Shown piece by piece: positions 61,661 to 64,000 of a DNA stretch of 64,000 bases. The stretch lies in the NCBI GenBank assembly GCA_013239625.1, contig MU053652.1:1178001-1242000 (forward strand). The letters are read 5' to 3'. Each line of letters opens with the position of its first letter. The stretch's first letter is position 1. The notes beneath the pieces are model-generated. The model did no database searches, was not told the origin of the DNA, and worked only from the letters and a program-made list of their open reading frames with translations. The position numbers and the translations under genes were made by a program. This DNA is from Lama guanicoe. Its lineage: Eukaryota.

Positions 61661-63184
61661 ACCTCTGCTTTTGTCTCATTGTTGCACATTTTGGGTCTGT
61701 GGTAATAAAACCTGGGCTGTGGTGCATGGTGCCCACATGAGCATGCCTTATCATGTCTGTTTATTTGGCTAGTATTTTCATTAATTTTAGATGGCTAGTG
61801 GTTAGGGGGATGGAGTGCATAGTCTTTTTGTTGGTCTTGTTGCTGAGGGAGTACCATGAGAGTTTGAGGCACCTAGTGAATGAATGAACTTGCTAGATCA
61901 TTTTGGATTACTGTTAAGTCACCGTAGTTTAAAAGACTCAGTTTAAACTGTAGCTCAGTTTTAATACTGTTCTCTTGTTAGCTGCCTATAGATATAAAAA
62001 CCTGTCATCACTGAGACCTGTGTACAACTGATGTGATACAACAGACGGATAATGGTGAGCGACAGGGTGCAGCGGGGGGACTTCAGTTACCCTGGAGGGA
62101 ACTCAGTGATATTTCTACAGTTGCCCTAATAGATCTGGCCAAAATGTGATTTAGTTAACTGATCTGCACCACATGTATCTGTGAGTGTATGATTGTGTCA
62201 TAAGATCAGGTGGGAACAGAAGAAATAAACCAGCTTTGAGATAGTTGTAGCTTTATAAACAATGGCCCCCACACTGTATGCACTAACTTAATATTTGTTG
62301 GATGTTAAATATGACCATACTTTCATCTTCTGAAGGATAACATGGTGTTTGCTTTTTGCTTGCTACAAAAAGAGAAAAGGAAAATGGAATAAATTTGAAG
62401 ACTGAAAAGAAGAATCTGTTGCAAGTGATGTGGGTGACTGAATTCTAGACTTAAAAAAAGTTACATCGCTTATGTTTTTATTTTTCATTTCTTGATTCTC
62501 TATAGTGACCTGATTTTAAATGTATAATTAACAGTTATTGTTGTATTCTAAGTGTTCATATTATTGTCCTAAAGATAAAACTAAATGTTTTTGGTGGAAC
62601 CTTTCTTGACTTCACAAGATTAGTTCATCATTCAGGTTTACCCTGGGGAATGAGCCTTGAGACATTCATGCACTTTACCCTGACACCACGTAACACTGAC
62701 CCCACAGAGTTGTATAATCTATTTTTAACAGTAGTAAATATGATGGTTATTACCACAACTGTTTCTGCTGTAACTGTCAATATCTTGAATAAACTTCCTC
62801 CTTACTACAGACATGACTGCGGAAGTTTAAAGCAGAATCCAAACAGACTTCCTACAGTTTTCTGTATCAGGTGATTAGATGCCATAGGTCACTGAGCTGA
62901 AATAAGTATCTGCATTTGAAACTTGTAATTGCCAAGTATTGTGCTATTTTTAAAAAGTCTCTTTTGCTCCTTTCCCCTCCCTACCCCAGATCACATTGCT
63001 TTTTCACTTATACTGTCTTTCACCTGCTACTTGATTAGTCCAGTGTCTTTAGTTGTTACCATTCTCTTCTTTGCCACGTACCATAGTTCACTGTCTGCCA
63101 TGAGGTAAGTTAACCTTACTTCTGGATACTGTATTAAGTCTTGGTGCCGTTTGAGTTTTATCCTCACTTAATAAGTAAGACCTG

Positions 63185-63188
<4 letters not shown>

Positions 63189-63255
<67 letters not shown>
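63189..63255 (+). repeat. Pure poly(T) homopolymer, 67 nt
   Basis: Counted directly from the sequence. Confidence 0.97.
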
Positions 63256-63340
63256 CTTTCACTGCCCACCTTTGCCGTGCAGTCCACCCTACCTTTCTGG
63301 AACTCTGAAGCTACTCTGGTATTCTCCCTCAGGAGAAGGG

Positions 63341-63714
63341 TGTGTTCTTTGGGGCTGCTGTAACCAAGTACTACAGACTGGGTGCCTGAAACAACAGAAC
63401 TTTATTTATTCAGTCCTGGAGGCTGGAGGTCCAAGATCAAGATGGTCAGCAGGGCTGGTTTCTCCCAAGGCCTGTCTCCTTGGCTTGCCCATGCCATCTA
63501 CTCATGTGGCCTTTTTTTCTGTGTGAGGGCATCCCTGGTATCTCTTCTTATATGGACTTCCATCATATTGGATCAAGGCCTCACCTTTTGGCTGCACTTA
63601 ACCTTAATTAACCTTTTAAAAGACTCTATTTCCAAATACAGTCAACTTCTAAGATACTAGGGGTTAGGGCTTCAACATACGAGTTTTAGGAGGGACATAA
63701 TTCAGTCCATAACA
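63341..63714 (-). mobile_element. ERVL-MaLR solo LTR (MLT1A/MLT1B-like)
   Basis: GGGCTGCTGTAACCAAGTACTACAGACTGGGTG...CTGGAGGCTGGAGGTCCAAGATCAAG...GGGGTTAGGGCTTCAACATA...AATTCAGTCCATAACA, with TG...CA ends. Confidence 0.92.
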
Positions 63715-64000
63715 GATGGATAGACTAATATACATGTCAAATATATCCATCAAGTATATTTGGTTAGATACTGTACTGTTTTATAGTTCTTCCTCAGCAG
63801 AAATGAATTCTCCTATTCAATCTTCAGAGTATCTTCTAGGTCCAAAACTTTGTATTGATTTTCTAATGGAAGTTATTTTCATCGGGACTCTGAAGGGCTT
63901 GGGAGTTTAAACGGGTTAAGGTTAGGATTTAATTGATTTGTAAAAATGATGTCATATGTTCCTATTCATCTATTTTTATCTAAGCAGGTATGGTTGTGGT

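Noticed and set aside
1..64000. All ORFs of 60-131 aa in the supplied six-frame track as protein-coding genes
   Set aside because: They are short, low-complexity or repeat-derived (for example 14779-14994 and 44491-44883 are antisense L1, and 57261-57671 is MER20). None is a recognisable gene product. The real exons are too short to appear in the track.
1..64000. Prokaryotic-type systems (CRISPR arrays, operons, defence islands), NUMTs or processed pseudogenes
   Set aside because: I recognised no regularly spaced repeats, dense ORFs, mitochondrial-like segments or mRNA-like segments. The DNA is uniformly mammalian intron.

Overview
This is AT-rich, CpG-depleted mammalian genomic DNA and is almost entirely intronic. 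It lies inside the + strand gene CHCHD3 (MIC19, a MICOS complex subunit). Two coding exons are visible: 7557-7644 (88 nt) and 46594-46675 (82 nt). They splice in frame to give LSENVIDRMKETSPSGSKSQRYSGAYGAS/VSDEELKRRVAEELALEQAKKESENQKR. The window therefore covers the 3' part of intron 1, all of intron 2 (about 39 kb) and the 5' part of intron 3. Three copies of a tRNA-derived SINE resembling the camelid Vic-1 family suggest a camelid genome (alpaca, llama or camel). The rest is typical eutherian repeats: L1, L2, CR1/L3, MIR, MamSINE1, MLT1 solo LTRs, hAT-Charlie MITEs and Tigger fossils. Repeat family names come from recalled consensus sequences, and most repeat boundaries are approximate. None of the ORFs in the supplied track looks like a real gene. 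I found no convincing new biological system. The best leads are splice-level: a candidate alternative terminal or poison exon about 2 kb after exon 3 (in frame, TGA overlapping AATAAA, with a downstream donor), a 34-nt poison-exon candidate in intron 2, and a few other cryptic exon-like sites. There are also two unexplained local duplications and a 67-nt poly(T) run.
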